Shown piece by piece: positions 49,410 through 58,617 of a DNA stretch of 64,000 nt. This DNA is from Dehalococcoidia bacterium (lineage in GTDB: Bacteria; Chloroflexota; Dehalococcoidia; DSTF01; JACRBR01), in contig JAKFYB010000015.1 in the NCBI GenBank assembly GCA_021731085.1, forward strand, positions 81,745 to 145,744, written 5' to 3'. The notes beneath the pieces are model-generated. The model did no database searches and was not told the origin of the DNA. It saw only the letters and a list, made by a program, of their open reading frames with translations. Within the stretch, counting starts at the first letter, position 1. The number at the start of each line of letters is the position of its first letter. The translations under genes were made by a program, and so were the position numbers.

Positions 49410-49889
49410 CTATAGCGCATCTGTGGCCCAGGCGGCTTGGCCGGGGGCTTCTTCCACGCCGACGGTGATGGATGTGAGGTTGTTGAGGCCGGTGGCTGCG
49501 AACGCGGGCTTCAATTTCGTGATGAAGTACTCGGCGAGGCGCTCGGCTGTGGTGTTGTCGATGGGGAGGGCGAGGACGTCGGATTTCGGGAAGACGAAGC
49601 CGCGGCCGGCGAAGCGGAACTTCCAGTTGGTGTCGGTCTCGTCGATCTCGACGACCTTGCTGTCGCGCTGAAGCAGGAACTTGTGGTCGAGTTCATCGCA
49701 GATGTCGCGGCCGGCCTTCTTGAGCGCGCCGAAGTCGATCACCCACGCGTCGTCTGTGAGCGCGCCTGAGACCTCGATCGTGACGGCGTAGTTGTGACCG
49801 TGCAGCGGCTCCATCTCGCCGCCGAAGGTCGCCATGTGGGCGGCGGAGAACTTCAGTCGCACCTTCTCGACGCAAACTTTATATTCCAT
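49410..49889 (-). CDS. queD: 6-pyruvoyl/6-carboxy-tetrahydropterin synthase family
   Basis: FSAAH, LHGHNY, IDFG, LDHKFL, TTAERLA, VEE. Confidence 0.85.
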   Translation of the reverse strand: MEYKVCVEKVRLKFSAAHMATFGGEMEPLHGHNYAVTIEVSGALTDDAWVIDFGALKKAGRDICDELDHKFLLQRDSKVVEIDETDTNWKFRFAGRGFVFPKSDVLALPIDNTTAERLAEYFITKLKPAFAATGLNNLTSITVGVEEAPGQAAWATDAL

Positions 49890-49983
49890 CGGATTAGGCT
49901 ATCGAGTGCTTCGTCCACACAACAGCACGATGCATACGAGCCTGGACTTTCGAGCATCTCCGAGAATTGCCCAGAAAAACCCC

Positions 49984-50011
49984 TTGACACCTTGTCAGAA
50001 AAGACGACAAT
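49984..50011 (+). promoter_or_regulatory. sigma70-like promoter with overlapping short palindrome
   Basis: TTGACA-N16-GACAAT; TGACA-CCT-TGTCA overlaps the -35. Confidence 0.55.
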
Positions 50012-50146
50012 AGCGCGCACAACCGACAGCGTGCCAGGCCATGACGGTCGCGAAACAGGTGCTTTGGGGGAGCCGGCCTTAGGCTTGGGTCGGCTCTTGT
50101 GTTGTTGGTGCGTAGGCTATCCGGCTCGTAGGAAAGAGGAGGATAC

Positions 50147-52126
50147 GTGCGTCGATCATTGCAGATAGGTCTCGTTGCTGTCATAGCGGTTGTGGGGCTT
50201 CTCGCCGCCGCCAAACCCGTTGTGGCTGATCCCAGCTATGGATCGGATGCGGCATTTCCGGTGCTCGGCGCGGCACCGAACACAGTGCTGGGGCCGATCC
50301 CGGGCGCGCCCGTGTTTGGACCAGCGCCAGCGCCGCCGGTGGCCGTGCTGCCCAGCCTCCTCGCGCCGCCAAACCCACCCGGTTTTGGTGAAGTGGACGA
50401 TATCTCCTACGGGGACGAGAACCCGACCTACTTCCCGATGTCGGTTGAGTTCTCGACCGGCCCTGGGGTGGCGGCTGCACCTACGCTCGGCAATCTCGCG
50501 GGGCCGGTGCCACCACCGCCGTTGTTCAACCTACGGGCTGAGGCTGGGCTCATCGGGCTACCGCCGTTCGGGGATGGAGCGGTGTACTCGGATGTGTACG
50601 CATTGTTCCCGGGGCCGATGCCCTTTCTTCCACCATGCATCGTCTACGGAAACGTGCAGATCCTCGATGGCGATGGTGCGCCGGGCGCACCCTTCGGGCC
50701 GCCGCGCCTAGCGTTGAACATGCCCGAGCCCGGAAGCAACATCGATGCGTACGAGCGGACGGGCGTCGGCGCGGTGACTGCTATTCCAGGTGCGCCGCTG
50801 ATCGACGCTCCCGTGTTCTTCACGATCGATGCGGCGACGGCCGGAGCATGGGGCGCGCCTATTCCAGCTCCAACTGCAGGCCCACCTGTGTTTGCGATGC
50901 CAGCGCCCGGCGACATCCTCGCGTGGAACCCCGCGGTGGGCGGGCCTGTCATCTGGGCGACGGCTGCTTCGCTGGGACTGCCACCGGGTAGCGACATCGA
51001 TGCACTCGCGGTGACTTACACGAGCGGATTCCCGCTGCCCTCATTCCTTCCCGGCCCGTCGGGTCGCGACTTCGGACCGCCGGGAGACTACGTAGTGTTC
51101 TCGCTAGCTCCGGGTTCACCGCCTCTTTCGCCGACGAGCGGTGGTGCGGGGTTGTTCGGTTCTGTTTGCTTTGGGGCGGGCACTGCGACGGCCGGAGATC
51201 TCTTCATAAATCCGGCGCCCTTCGGCGTTGTCTTGCCGTGGCTGGATGCGGAACAGATGGGCCTCGGCGCCATTCGAAGCGGCAACGCTGTGGATGACAA
51301 CGTCGATGCGATCGACATCTGCAACACCACGCCACCACCCTTCTCGGATATCGACGGGGACACCATCGTGGACGACTGCGACTTCGACAACGATGGCGAC
51401 GGAATCGGTGATGCGATCGATCCGGATGATGATGGCGATGGGTTCGGCGACGCGCAGCAGCCGATGCACCTGGGACCAGCGAACACTGCAGCAGGCTTCG
51501 ACAACTGCCCGACGATAGCGAATCCGACGCAGATCAACACCGACGGTAATTTCCTCGACAATTCGCCGCCCTACGCGATGGCGGTTGATGACCGGACGAT
51601 GGCGATGTCGGATGCCGCTGGCGATGCTTGCGATGCAGACGATGACAACGATGGCATCACGGACTTAGATGAAGTCTCAGGGGCGGCATGCTCCGGATTC
51701 GTGACGAGTGCGCTGCGCCGTGACACTGACTCCGACCGCTTCCTGGACGGCGCCGAATGCACGCTGGGGACCGATCCTACACTGTTCGCCAGCAAACCTC
51801 TCGTCACGGCGTGCGGACCCGCTGGCGATGCGGACGGAGACAAGCTGTCGGATCGCATCGAGTTCTGTTACTACGGGACGAGTTCCGCCAGCACAGATTC
51901 TGACGTGGATGCGGCTCTCGATGGGGCGATCGACGGTTGCGAAGCTGTCTCGCTGAATGGCGACCGTATTGCGAATGTCGCGGACATGGGCATGCTCGCG
52001 ACGGCCATCTCGATGGTGCCCTTCAGGATCGTCAACGTCGACATCAACAAGGACGGCGCCTGGAACCCGGCGGATCAGGGCATTCTCGCAACCTTCATCT
52101 CGCCGAGCGGACAATGTCCGAGTTGA
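50147..52126 (+). CDS. secreted Pro/Gly-rich protein with TSP3-like Ca-binding repeats and dockerin-like C-terminus
   Basis: Signal peptide; DxDxDGxxD repeats, DNCP..NPxQ, GDACD; twin loops LNGDRIANVAD and DINKDGAWNPAD; GAGGAGG RBS. Confidence 0.85.
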   Translation: MRRSLQIGLVAVIAVVGLLAAAKPVVADPSYGSDAAFPVLGAAPNTVLGPIPGAPVFGPAPAPPVAVLPSLLAPPNPPGFGEVDDISYGDENPTYFPMSVEFSTGPGVAAAPTLGNLAGPVPPPPLFNLRAEAGLIGLPPFGDGAVYSDVYALFPGPMPFLPPCIVYGNVQILDGDGAPGAPFGPPRLALNMPEPGSNIDAYERTGVGAVTAIPGAPLIDAPVFFTIDAATAGAWGAPIPAPTAGPPVFAMPAPGDILAWNPAVGGPVIWATAASLGLPPGSDIDALAVTYTSGFPLPSFLPGPSGRDFGPPGDYVVFSLAPGSPPLSPTSGGAGLFGSVCFGAGTATAGDLFINPAPFGVVLPWLDAEQMGLGAIRSGNAVDDNVDAIDICNTTPPPFSDIDGDTIVDDCDFDNDGDGIGDAIDPDDDGDGFGDAQQPMHLGPANTAAGFDNCPTIANPTQINTDGNFLDNSPPYAMAVDDRTMAMSDAAGDACDADDDNDGITDLDEVSGAACSGFVTSALRRDTDSDRFLDGAECTLGTDPTLFASKPLVTACGPAGDADGDKLSDRIEFCYYGTSSASTDSDVDAALDGAIDGCEAVSLNGDRIANVADMGMLATAISMVPFRIVNVDINKDGAWNPADQGILATFISPSGQCPS

Positions 52127-52147
52127 GAACGCTCTAGATTGAACATC

Positions 52148-52186
52148 GCAAGAAGGGGAGGGCTCTGGCGCCCTCCCCTTCTTGTT
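52148..52186 (+). terminator. intrinsic terminator
   Basis: CAAGAAGGGGAGGGC..GCCCTCCCCTTCTTG hairpin. Confidence 0.75.
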
Positions 52187-52213
52187 GAGCGACCTCGCAC
52201 GCGATAATGCCGT

Positions 52214-52630
52214 ATGCACACAGCAGTGGAGACGCCTCACCGTATGTCCTGGCTGGTGGTGGGCGCGCCATTGGCGGCTGTGATTTCGGGCGTTTGCGCG
52301 CACTTCTTCGCGGACCGGCAGCCGCTACTTATTCCGATGATGATCGGGATCGTGGCAACATCGTTTGCGCTGGCGCGCGGCGGGACGGGACTACGCGTGT
52401 TCCTGCTGGCGCTGGCGGTCGGCTTCCTTGCGTGGGGCGGGGAGCAGATTGTGTACTCGATCACGCATGTGGCGGCGGGTGAGCAGTTCGAGGCGGAACG
52501 GTTCGGGCCGCAGTGGGCGCAGGTGTTGGGCCTGACGCTCGCGCACGCCGTGTTCCTGGGACTGCCGTCGGGCCTGCTCGCGGGGTTGTTGCTGCACGTC
52601 CCTCCGCTACGCGGTTCGGCGACGGGCTGA
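52214..52630 (+). CDS. hypothetical four-TM membrane protein
   Basis: Hydrophobic ORF; TGATG overlap with the next gene. Confidence 0.7.
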   Translation: MHTAVETPHRMSWLVVGAPLAAVISGVCAHFFADRQPLLIPMMIGIVATSFALARGGTGLRVFLLALAVGFLAWGGEQIVYSITHVAAGEQFEAERFGPQWAQVLGLTLAHAVFLGLPSGLLAGLLLHVPPLRGSATG

Positions 52631-53091
52631 TGCACTTCGACGATCGACCGCAATTGCCGCTGACACGCCGGCGCCAGATTCTCGTCGGCGTTGGTGTCGC
52701 GATGTTCCTCATTCAGCTCGCGGTCGCGGCCTTGATCGCAGAACCAACGACGGGTGAGGACGATGCGAGTCTCGGTCTGTTCGCGGCGCTGTGGGCGCTG
52801 AGCTTCGTGTGGTCGGTCGTGGCGACGCTGTGCGTGATCCGACAGGCCGATATCCCGGATGTCTTCACGGCTGCGATGCTTGTGACGATCGCGCCGTTCG
52901 CGCTGTACGCGCTTGTTGCGGCGCTGGCGGTGCGAGGCACATCGGAGGAGACGGACATCGTGAGCGCGATGTTCTTCGGGATCACGGTTGGTGCGATGAC
53001 GGGCCTGCTCGTTTGGGCCGTGTGTATGGGGATTGCACGCACGCTCAAGCTGCCGACGACGGACGGGCTCGAGCAGCCGCCGGACGCGTAG
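52630..53091 (+). CDS. hypothetical four-TM membrane protein
   Basis: ATG 52630 overlaps the upstream stop; four hydrophobic segments. Confidence 0.7.
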   Translation: MHFDDRPQLPLTRRRQILVGVGVAMFLIQLAVAALIAEPTTGEDDASLGLFAALWALSFVWSVVATLCVIRQADIPDVFTAAMLVTIAPFALYALVAALAVRGTSEETDIVSAMFFGITVGAMTGLLVWAVCMGIARTLKLPTTDGLEQPPDA

Positions 53092-53350
53092 GCGTAGGTT
53101 CGGTCGGGCAGCGCGTTCGCACGGCCCGCAGTCTCCCACGACGGACGCGGAGGGGCTGAAGCCCCTCTAGTACTGGCCACCAGGCACGCGAATCGTCGCG
53201 AAACCGCCATCCATGGACATTCGATGCTCGATTGACACCCTCTCAAGCAGCGATCTAGCCTGCCTATGCGGGGAGGCAAGCTGTTTCAATCTGGCGAACG
53301 ACCACCTGTCTTGTGGTTGTACGCAGCCGCGCTGCCTGAGGAGACTTCTC

Positions 53351-54595
53351 ATGTACGGAACACTGGCGCTTTCACATCGCGCGCTGGACGACCTTGTTGC
53401 GAGCTGTGGTGAATCAGCGATACGCGAGGTGCGCGAGATCGCGCGGCCGCTCGAGGGATTGCGCGTGCTGAACCTGAGCGTTACGGGATTCGGCACGGGC
53501 ACGGCTGAGCTTTTGAACTCATCGGTGCCGCTGCTGAACGACCTCGGTCTGGACGTGCACTGGCAGGTTGTTCGCGCATCGGCGGAGACGGCCGACGTTT
53601 CTCGCGCGATGTATCAGGGCCTGGGCGGCGTTCCGGTCGAGTGGACGCCTGCGATGACGTCCACGTGGCTCGACTATGCCGCGATGAATGCGGAACTACT
53701 CACCGAGCGCTTCGACGCGATCGTTGTTCACGACCCGCAGCCGCTTGCGATGCGCTCGTACAACGCGACCAACGAAGATGCGGTGTGGATCGCGCACCTG
53801 CACCTAGACCTGTCGTCATCGCAGGACGACGTCTGGACGTCACTGCGGGAACACATGGACAAGTATGATGCGGCAATCTTCGATGCGGAGGGATTCGGGC
53901 GAGGAGATTTAGAGGCATCGAAGCATGTCGTGCCGCCAGCCATCGACCCCAACAGCCCGCGCAACATGCCACTATCTGACGACTTCGTTAGGTCGGTGCT
54001 AGCTCAGTACGGTATCAATCCCGATCGCCAACTCATCTGCCAGGTCTCGCCCTGCGACGCTGCGTGCGATCTCGTCGGCGTGTACGATGCGTGGAACCTT
54101 GTCCGGCGCGACCACCCGGGCGTGCAACTGGTGGTGGTGCTGTTCACCGAGCCGCAGGATGACGGGTCGAGGGCGTGCTACGACGAACTGGTGCGGTTGT
54201 CGTTGGGCGAGGACGACGTGTTCGTGATCACGCCGGCGAACGAAATCGGCAACGTGGAGATCAACGTGTTCCAGAGCGCAGCGTCCGTCGTGATCCAGAA
54301 GGGCCTGCGCAAGGGTTATGGCATGTGGATTGCCGACGCGTTGTGGAAGCGACGGCCTTGCGTCGTGGCTGCCGAACCAGGGTTGCAGGAGCAAGTCATC
54401 GATGGGGTCACTGGCATCGTCGCCCGCACAACGGGCGAATTTGCGGGCGGGATCGCGCGATTGCTAGATGATAGGGAGTTGGCGGCGCAATATGGGGAAC
54501 GTGGACACCAACACGTCGCAGAACGCTTTCTCATCACCCGATACTTACGGGACTACTTGAAGATTCTGACGCAGCTACACAGGAAGACCGCCTAG
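53351..54595 (+). CDS. TreT-like GT4 glycosyltransferase paralogue with degenerate donor site
   Basis: Colinear with the next gene ([31 protein letters not shown]); GAGGAG RBS before ATG 53351. Confidence 0.85.
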   Translation: MYGTLALSHRALDDLVASCGESAIREVREIARPLEGLRVLNLSVTGFGTGTAELLNSSVPLLNDLGLDVHWQVVRASAETADVSRAMYQGLGGVPVEWTPAMTSTWLDYAAMNAELLTERFDAIVVHDPQPLAMRSYNATNEDAVWIAHLHLDLSSSQDDVWTSLREHMDKYDAAIFDAEGFGRGDLEASKHVVPPAIDPNSPRNMPLSDDFVRSVLAQYGINPDRQLICQVSPCDAACDLVGVYDAWNLVRRDHPGVQLVVVLFTEPQDDGSRACYDELVRLSLGEDDVFVITPANEIGNVEINVFQSAASVVIQKGLRKGYGMWIADALWKRRPCVVAAEPGLQEQVIDGVTGIVARTTGEFAGGIARLLDDRELAAQYGERGHQHVAERFLITRYLRDYLKILTQLHRKTA

Positions 54596-55884
54596 TGCTC
54601 GGATCCGTCCCGACGACACCTAAGAGCCTGGAGACCTACCGCAGCATCATTGGCGATGCCGCTACCGATGAAATCCTCCGCCTCGGCGAGGAGCTTCGCG
54701 GCGCGCGCGTGCTGCATGTGAACGCGACGGCGTTTGGCGGCGGCGTGGCGGAGATCCTGGGAACGTTGATCCCGCTCATGAACGATGTCGGGCTGAGCGC
54801 GGACTGGCAGGTCATTCGTGGGGCGGACGAGTTCTTCAATGTCACGAAGGCGATGCACAACAGCCTCCAGGGCATGTACTACGACTGGACGCCAGCGATG
54901 CGCGAGACGTGGTTGCACTACAACTCGCTGAACGCGGATCTGTTCGACGACACGTACGACTTTGTGGTGATCCACGACCCGCAGCCGGCAGCAATACCCA
55001 CCTTCCTCAAAGAGAAGACAGGCAGCCGCCACGGCAAGTGGGTCTGGCGCTGTCACATCGACCTGACGGAAGCGCAGGTGCAGGTGTGGGACATGCTGCG
55101 GCCGCATGTCGAGCAGTACGACGGAGCGATCTTCACGCTGGACAAGTATGTGAAGGACGACCTGGTCGGGCCGGAGATCTACTGCGTGCCACCTGCAATC
55201 GATCCGCTGAGCCCAAAGAACCACGGACTGGGGCGCGAGACGGTCGACGAAATCCTGACGCGCTATGGCGTCGATCCGAAGCGCCCGATGATCACGCAGA
55301 TCTCGCGGTTCGATCCGTGGAAGGATCCGCTCGGCGTCATCGATGTGTATCGCGCGTGCAAGAACGAGATCCCGGACCTGCAACTCGTGATGATCGCGTC
55401 CATGGCCAGCGACGACCCGGAGGGGTGGGACTGGTACGAGCGCACGGTTCGTCGCGCGGGCGAGGACTTCGACATTCACATCCTGTCCAACCTGAACGGC
55501 GTCGGCAACATCGAGGTAAATGCGTTCCAGAGGGCGGCGCGGGTCGTCATCCAGAAGTCGATCCGTGAGGGCTTCGGCCTGGTCGTGTCGGAAGCGCTGT
55601 GGAAGTCACGGCCGGTCGTGGCGGGCAACGTCGGCGGCATTCCGCTGCAGATCCGGGATGGCGAGACGGGATTTCTTGTCGGTTCCGCTGAGGAATGCAC
55701 GGAAAAGCTGCTCCGGCTGCTGCACGATCCGGCGCTGGCTGACCGCATGGGCGCGGCGGGCGTCGAAGATGTGCGGGAGAATTTTCTGACAACGCGCTAT
55801 CTGCGAGACTACCTGCGCATCTTCTGCGGCCTCACGGGACGCGAGAGCGAGCCGGCGGCTGCCTACCAGCGCGTGACACCCTGA
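54595..55884 (+). CDS. treT: trehalose glycosyltransferring synthase (GT4)
   Basis: [63 protein letters not shown]. Confidence 0.9.
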   Translation: MLGSVPTTPKSLETYRSIIGDAATDEILRLGEELRGARVLHVNATAFGGGVAEILGTLIPLMNDVGLSADWQVIRGADEFFNVTKAMHNSLQGMYYDWTPAMRETWLHYNSLNADLFDDTYDFVVIHDPQPAAIPTFLKEKTGSRHGKWVWRCHIDLTEAQVQVWDMLRPHVEQYDGAIFTLDKYVKDDLVGPEIYCVPPAIDPLSPKNHGLGRETVDEILTRYGVDPKRPMITQISRFDPWKDPLGVIDVYRACKNEIPDLQLVMIASMASDDPEGWDWYERTVRRAGEDFDIHILSNLNGVGNIEVNAFQRAARVVIQKSIREGFGLVVSEALWKSRPVVAGNVGGIPLQIRDGETGFLVGSAEECTEKLLRLLHDPALADRMGAAGVEDVRENFLTTRYLRDYLRIFCGLTGRESEPAAAYQRVTP

Positions 55885-55898
55885 TCGGGGCAACATCG

Positions 55899-57194
55899 AT
55901 GAAACGGGTTGTCGGGCTTATTCTCGCGGGCGGCCAGGGCGATCGGCTAAGCGTTTTAAGCGAGGAACGCGCGAAGCCGGCCGTGATCTTCGGCGGCAGG
56001 TACCGCATCATCGACTTCACCTTGAGCAACTGCGTGAACTCCGGCATCACGCGCGTTGGCGTGCTGACGCAGTACCGGCCGCGCTCGCTGAACGACCACA
56101 TCGGCATCGGACGGCCGTGGGACCTCGACCGGCAGGGTGGCGGCGTAACCCTGCTCCAGCCGTACCTCGGGCGCGACAGCAGCGATTGGTATCGCGGCAC
56201 CGCTGATGCCGTGACGCAGAACATCTATTTCTTGGAAGAGACCAAGGCCGAGATGGTGCTCGTCCTCGCGGGCGATCACATCTACAAGATGAACTACGAC
56301 GAACTCATCGCTTACCACCTGGCGAACGAGGCTGACGTGACGGTGCCGCTGTATGAGGTGCCGATGGCAGACGCGCATCGCTACGGAGTGCTGTCCGTGG
56401 ACGGCTACGGGCGAATCATAGAGTTCGACGAAAAGCCGGCGGAACCAAAGTCCAACCTGATCTCGATGGGCATCTACTGCTTCAACCGGCTTGCGCTGAT
56501 CGACGCGTTGATTGCCGACTCCGAAGACCAGGCGTCGACGCATGACTTTGGGCGCGACGTGATCCCACGCATGGTCGAGAAGGACAACGCGCGGGTCTTC
56601 GGGTGGAAGTTCGACGGCTACTGGCGGGATGTCGGGACTATCGAGTCGTACTACGATGGCAACATGGATCTGCTGACAGACCTACCCGAGTTGAATATGT
56701 ACGACCCCGACAGCCGCATACGGACGAACGAGCCGGGGTATCCACCCGCGAAGATCGGCTGGCGGGCGTACTTGCAGCGCTCGCTGCTCGACCTGGGATG
56801 CATTGTGAACGGCCACGTCGAACATTCTGTGCTGTCGCCTGGCGTGTATGTCGAGGAAGGAGCCGTCGTGCGCGATTCGATCATCTTCGACGACTGCCGC
56901 ATCGAAGCCGGCGCCATCGTCGAGCGATCGATCTTGGACAAGGAAGTTACCGTTGGAAAGAACGCATATGTCGGCTATGGCGATGACTTCGCGGTGAATG
57001 GCGAACGGCCGGACATCGTGAACACGGGCGTGACGATCGTCGGCAAGCGGGCGACCGTCGAGCCGTACGTGCGCATCGGGCGCAACTGTGTCATCGGCGC
57101 GAACGTTACGGTGGACAAGCGCAACGCGGACGGCTACTTGCCCAGCGGCAAGACGATTCGCGCCGAGATCAAGGAATCGCCCTACCGCGTTTGA
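55899..57194 (+). CDS. glgC: glucose-1-phosphate adenylyltransferase
   Basis: [55 protein letters not shown], hexapeptide tail. Confidence 0.94.
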   Translation: MKRVVGLILAGGQGDRLSVLSEERAKPAVIFGGRYRIIDFTLSNCVNSGITRVGVLTQYRPRSLNDHIGIGRPWDLDRQGGGVTLLQPYLGRDSSDWYRGTADAVTQNIYFLEETKAEMVLVLAGDHIYKMNYDELIAYHLANEADVTVPLYEVPMADAHRYGVLSVDGYGRIIEFDEKPAEPKSNLISMGIYCFNRLALIDALIADSEDQASTHDFGRDVIPRMVEKDNARVFGWKFDGYWRDVGTIESYYDGNMDLLTDLPELNMYDPDSRIRTNEPGYPPAKIGWRAYLQRSLLDLGCIVNGHVEHSVLSPGVYVEEGAVVRDSIIFDDCRIEAGAIVERSILDKEVTVGKNAYVGYGDDFAVNGERPDIVNTGVTIVGKRATVEPYVRIGRNCVIGANVTVDKRNADGYLPSGKTIRAEIKESPYRV

Positions 57195-57294
57195 TTGCAA
57201 ACTCACAGCCGGGGACGGCCGTGCCACATCCCTCCCACGCGGCACATACTGGCGTCAACATGCGCATACATCACTGGGGGCACATACTTCTCAC

Positions 57295-58593
57295 ATGGCA
57301 ACGATCTACTGGGCGACGCTGCTCCACTTTTACCAGCCCCCGATCCAGATACCGGAGATCCTGCGTAAGGTCGTCGAGGAGTCGTACCGGCCGCTGATAG
57401 AGGTGCTGGGGCAGTACCCGCATGCCCGCGTGACCGTGAACATCAACGGCGTACTGACGGAGATGCTGTACGAGAGCGGGTACGAGGACGTGATCACCGG
57501 GCTCAAGGATCTCGCGACGGCCGGGCAGGTCGAGTTCGTCGGCTCCGGCAAGTACCATCCGATTCTCCCGCTCGTCGATGCGGGAGAGCAGCGGCGCCAG
57601 ATCCGGCGCAATCACCTGACGAACAAGCACTTCTTCGGCGACGCGTACCAGCCGCGCGGGTTCTTCCCACCGGAGATGTGCTACGACGCATCGTTCATCG
57701 ATACGGTCGCTGAGGCAGGGCACGAGTGGCTGATCATGAGCGGCGTCGGCTGCCCGGTGGAGTGGCCGACGAACAAGATTCACCGCGTGTCGTCGGCCGG
57801 CGGAGGCGAGCTTTCGGTCGTGTTCCGCGACGATGTGCTGAGCAACAAGATCTCGTTTCAGGACCTCGACGGGCGTGGCTTCGTGGAGCATCTGCGGGCA
57901 ACGCACGGTGACAACGGCGACAGCTACATCGTGACGGCAATGGACGCGGAGACGTTCGGCCACCATATCGAGAACTGGGAGCAGTTGTTCTTGGGTGAGG
58001 CATACGAGGCTGTCGCGCCGTACGCGGACGTCGTGCAGACACGGCCGCTCGCGGCTAGCACGCGGACGTTGTTGACGACGATGCCGCAGGACGACAGTGA
58101 ACAGATCGAGACGGTGACGATCAGCCGGCTGCTGGAGGTGTTTCCGGCGGGCGATGTGATCGAGCCGCTGGCGTCGTCGTGGAGCACGACGCGGGAGGAC
58201 CTCGATGCTGGCGTGCCGTACCCGTTGTGGAAGGCGCCGGGGAACTACATCCACAAGCTGCAGTGGGAGCATGTGGCGCTGTGCGGCGGACTGGTCGAGA
58301 TCGCACAGCAGGTTGCGGATACGGACGTCAGCAAGCGCCATGCGGAGATTGCGCGCGGTTTGCTTGATCCGGCGCTGCACTCGTGCCAGTTCTGGTGGGC
58401 GAGCCGGCGGCCGCACTGGGACATCAACATGATCTCACGCGGGCTGGCGCAGCAGGGCGAGGTGGTGCTGAACGCGTTTCGCGCTATCAACCTCAGCAGC
58501 GCGGGCGACGATGTGAAGCGGGATGCGTACTACCAGGTCGTCGCAGCGAACGACGTGCGGGCGAAGCTTCGCGACCAGTTGTACTGGGATTAG
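57295..58593 (+). CDS. glycoside hydrolase family 57
   Basis: HFYQP, YHPILPL, GFFPPEM (nucleophile), AMDAETFGHH (acid/base), SSWS, SCQFWW. Confidence 0.9.
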   Translation: MATIYWATLLHFYQPPIQIPEILRKVVEESYRPLIEVLGQYPHARVTVNINGVLTEMLYESGYEDVITGLKDLATAGQVEFVGSGKYHPILPLVDAGEQRRQIRRNHLTNKHFFGDAYQPRGFFPPEMCYDASFIDTVAEAGHEWLIMSGVGCPVEWPTNKIHRVSSAGGGELSVVFRDDVLSNKISFQDLDGRGFVEHLRATHGDNGDSYIVTAMDAETFGHHIENWEQLFLGEAYEAVAPYADVVQTRPLAASTRTLLTTMPQDDSEQIETVTISRLLEVFPAGDVIEPLASSWSTTREDLDAGVPYPLWKAPGNYIHKLQWEHVALCGGLVEIAQQVADTDVSKRHAEIARGLLDPALHSCQFWWASRRPHWDINMISRGLAQQGEVVLNAFRAINLSSAGDDVKRDAYYQVVAANDVRAKLRDQLYWD

Positions 58594-58617
58594 GGCCGTC
58601 GTCCGGCGATGTCTGGT

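Noticed and set aside
57241-57288. Direct repeat GGCACATACT upstream of the GH57 gene
   Set aside because: Two 10-mers only; the second overlaps a probable -10. Too weak to call an operator.
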